Source: Lytechinus pictus
Taxonomy: Eukaryota
Direction of reading: 5' to 3'
Assembly: GCF_037042905.1 (NCBI RefSeq)
Contig: NC_087245.1
Location: 6,636,001 to 6,700,000 of the forward strand
Length of the DNA: 64,000 nt
Shown here: piece by piece, positions 62,101 through 64,000 of the stretch
Layout: every line of letters begins with the position of its first letter
Numbering within the stretch: the stretch's first letter is position 1
Translations under genes and position numbers: made by a program
The notes under the pieces: model-generated
What the model was told of the DNA's origin: nothing
The model's database searches: none
What the model saw: the letters and a program-made list of their open reading frames with translations, nothing else

Positions 62101-63078
62101 TAATACCAAGCTCCGTCACTTCGTTCCCTCGCTAGGCTTACTTTCGAGTTTTCTTGAAAATTTTTACACATCCCCCCGGCTACTCACCCCAGCAATGAAA
62201 AAAAAATCTGCGTACGGCCTCTGGAGCACACCCACCGGGTTGGGATGCTGTGGAGTGTGGTTTGATGAAGAAATTTGTTTCATAACTTGAATTTATGCCA
62301 ATATGTAGTTCTACCTCAAATGAATTACTCATCAATGGCATTCGAATACCAATCTATTGAAAACCGTCAAAGTGTCCTGAGAGATCCAGTCCGGGGTGGG
62401 GGGGGGGGGGGCGGGGTGTCGCCGGTATTTTTGTTCCATATAGACCTCTATTCACCTGTATTTAAATGTAGCATATGAAAAGGAACATTTTACTCACGTT
62501 CACTCCCTATCGAATAGGCCTACTAAGAATTTGATATAATCTCTCTCTCTCAACTTTCTTTCAGACGTACACTGATTGCGCATGCGCAGTATTAGTTTCT
62601 GGTGGTTTCTCATCATCGGTAATAACTGGAAAGTGTAAGAGTGGTTGTTTCATCCTTCCTATCTTCGTAGCTCTTTTTATTCTAATTCTAGTGGTTTTGT
62701 TTATGCCAATGGTTCCAGCAACAAACGTCACGTTAAGGTGAGATTTACAAAGTTTTTATTAATGGAATAAAGATAGGGGAGGGGCAACACTGCATAAGAA
62801 CCACAGCAGATCGTATAACAGTGCATTGTCACTTTGAATATTATAATAAGAAGGGAGAGCGCTCATCTATTGAGAAGTAAGACAGATGTAATAATCGACA
62901 TATTGTAGTGAGAAATAAAACATACCTAATAATTGACATATCATAGTAGGAATATTTGATTTTATAGCAGAATTTACTTTCATTTCTTCTGTCATTTTTC
63001 TCATATGGTATAGATGTGTTCCTGAATCACAGAGACCAATGGCACTGGGTGTTCAGTCTATGATAGTCAGATGCTTAG
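55721..63078 (+). CDS. SLCO4A1-like: OATP/SLCO transporter, tandem copy 2; 3'-partial (last exon outside the window)
   Basis: Exons 55721-56158, 57045-57525, 57956-58052, 59023-59144, 59413-59673, 60316-60514, 61451-61610, 62565-62737 and 63014-63078. Intron positions and phases match copy 1; signature DPGWVGAWWIGY. Confidence 0.92.
56430..57011. mobile_element. Diverged relative of the 28993-29562 MITE
   Basis: Shares TTTGTTATTTGTTATC.GAT.TTGATGAAATTT...GCATTTTGCTC.GTGAATT and ends ATCCCT|TTAA. Confidence 0.6.
57045..57525 (+). CDS. SLCO copy 2 exon 2
   Basis: GMVGSG..SIERRFQLRS..GGRGHKLKW..LPHF. Confidence 0.93.
57956..58052 (+). CDS. SLCO copy 2 exon 3
   Basis: VFYAVSTLGPAVGYVVAG; 97 nt. 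Confidence 0.9.
59023..59144 (+). CDS. SLCO copy 2 exon 4
   Basis: DPGWVGAWWIGY..FPRELP; 122 nt. Confidence 0.92.
59413..59673 (+). CDS. SLCO copy 2 exon 5
   Basis: ILVNPTY..FGVFLPKFIENQF; 261 nt. Confidence 0.92.
60316..60514 (+). CDS. SLCO copy 2 exon 6
   Basis: VPGGILGVLFGGWIIRRFRL..CPQTDLAGV. Confidence 0.9.
61451..61610 (+). CDS. SLCO copy 2 exon 7 (Kazal-like loop)
   Basis: CNTACIC..YLPVC..FFSPCHAGC; an alternative in-frame acceptor would start the exon at 61460. Confidence 0.87.
61715..61830. repeat. (ATT/ATC)n microsatellite
   Basis: Trinucleotide low-complexity tract. Confidence 0.85.
62565..62737 (+). CDS. SLCO copy 2 exon 8
   Basis: TYTDCAC..GKCKSGC..VPATNVTLR. Confidence 0.9.
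63014..63078 (+). CDS. SLCO copy 2 exon 9
   Basis: CVPESQRPMALGVQSMIVRCLG; 65 nt. Confidence 0.9.
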
Positions 63079-63214
63079 GTGAGTATCATTTTAATGACTT
63101 TGAATTGAAGTAAACATTTCTTTGCCATTTCCAGAGAAATTTACTGAAACTTAAACACATGTTAAGTTTTCTGTATGTATTCAGATATCCTAATGTAAGA
63201 GTCTGACTGATAAT

Positions 63215-63755
63215 CCCGCCCCCCCCCCCCACTCAGTGTTATTTAGGGTAAGCCTAGTGCTCGTTTCTTCCCTTTGAAAGCACCCCCCTATCGAAGGTCT
63301 GCCAAAATTTCTGAACCCCCTTTCGAGGGCTCTTCGCGGGCTTTTTCTGCCTTAGAGACACCCTTAAATCCGAAACACTGCTCAATGTACCACCCCCTAT
63401 CTCTGGTGAGCTCTCATTGCAACAAAAGATCCGTACTTTACTTTTTCAAAATGAAATAATCCTGAATGAGCTTTCAAAACTAGCAGGAATTTCAGGAATT
63501 TTATCCCGGGATTTGATCAATTTTTCTATGTTATTCAAGATATTTTATAACCCCCTTTTAAAATTTCTCAGGAGTCCAAAGAGAGAGATAAAAAACACCC
63601 CCTTTTTAAAGAAATATCCGGGTGAAAATACAAAAACACCCCCTTTTTTACAATTCGCAGGCCGGACTTGTCCCGCGAAAAAGTACCCCTTTACCGGACA
63701 TTTTGGGAACACGCATGCGGTCCTTCCGACCCCGGAGTGGGGGGGGGGGGGCGGG
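63215..63755. mobile_element. Non-autonomous DNA transposon, CCCG-type TIR, 8-bp TSD
   Basis: CCCGC(n)ACTC / GAGTG(n)CGGG; TSD CTGATAAT at 63207-63214 and 63756-63763. Confidence 0.8.
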
Positions 63756-63797
63756 CTGATAATACCACTAATGAATTTCCAGTAATCCTTTCCATTT

Positions 63798-64000
63798 TGT
63801 CTCTCCTGCAAAGCAGAGCGAGACTATAGGCGCCGCTTTTCCGACGGCGGCGGCAATGGCGTCAACGTTAAGTTTTTTAAATGTCATCGTAACCCTAAAA
63901 AGTATATGGGCCTATTAAAGTTCATGAAACTTGAACATAAGGATTGTCCTGCCTGAGTTTCATGTCACATGACCAAGGTCTAAGGTCATTTAGGGCCAAT
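63798..64000 (+). mobile_element. Second HINE-like element (5' part)
   Basis: TGTCTCTCCTGC..GAGACT..CCGCTTTTCCGACGGCG..GTCACATGACCAAGGTC matches 5921 onward. Confidence 0.7.

Noticed and set aside
1..64000. Prokaryotic systems (CRISPR array, operons, defence islands)
   Set aside because: The sequence is intron-containing animal DNA, and the periodic repeats lack unique spacers and belong to transposons.

Overview
AT-rich animal genomic DNA with GT-AG introns, many microsatellites and MITEs. The repeat style suggests an echinoderm such as a sea urchin, but that is inference. Three + strand spliced genes were reconstructed by hand, and every exon phase joins in frame. (1) The 3' part of a corin-like mosaic serine protease (LDLa-LDLa-Frizzled CRD-trypsin; 7 exons, 4713-14005; 5' end not found in the window). 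(2) A complete SLCO/OATP organic anion transporter (10 coding exons, 29734-44383, 709 aa). (3) A tandem SLCO paralogue (9 exons seen, 55721-63078; last exon beyond the window). The rest is transposon-rich: LINE fragments of several clades, tRNA-derived SINEs, many MITEs with identifiable TIRs and TSDs, Helentron/HINE-like elements, a non-autonomous AcademH-type element carrying a RecQ-like helicase fragment, and a Penelope-like remnant with a minimal hammerhead ribozyme motif. The most unusual item is a fully paired 72-nt tRNA cloverleaf with a UCA (UGA-reading) anticodon and a Pol III terminator, embedded in a (TA)n-flanked repeat at 47.3 kb. No database searches were possible, so clade assignments rest on motif recognition.
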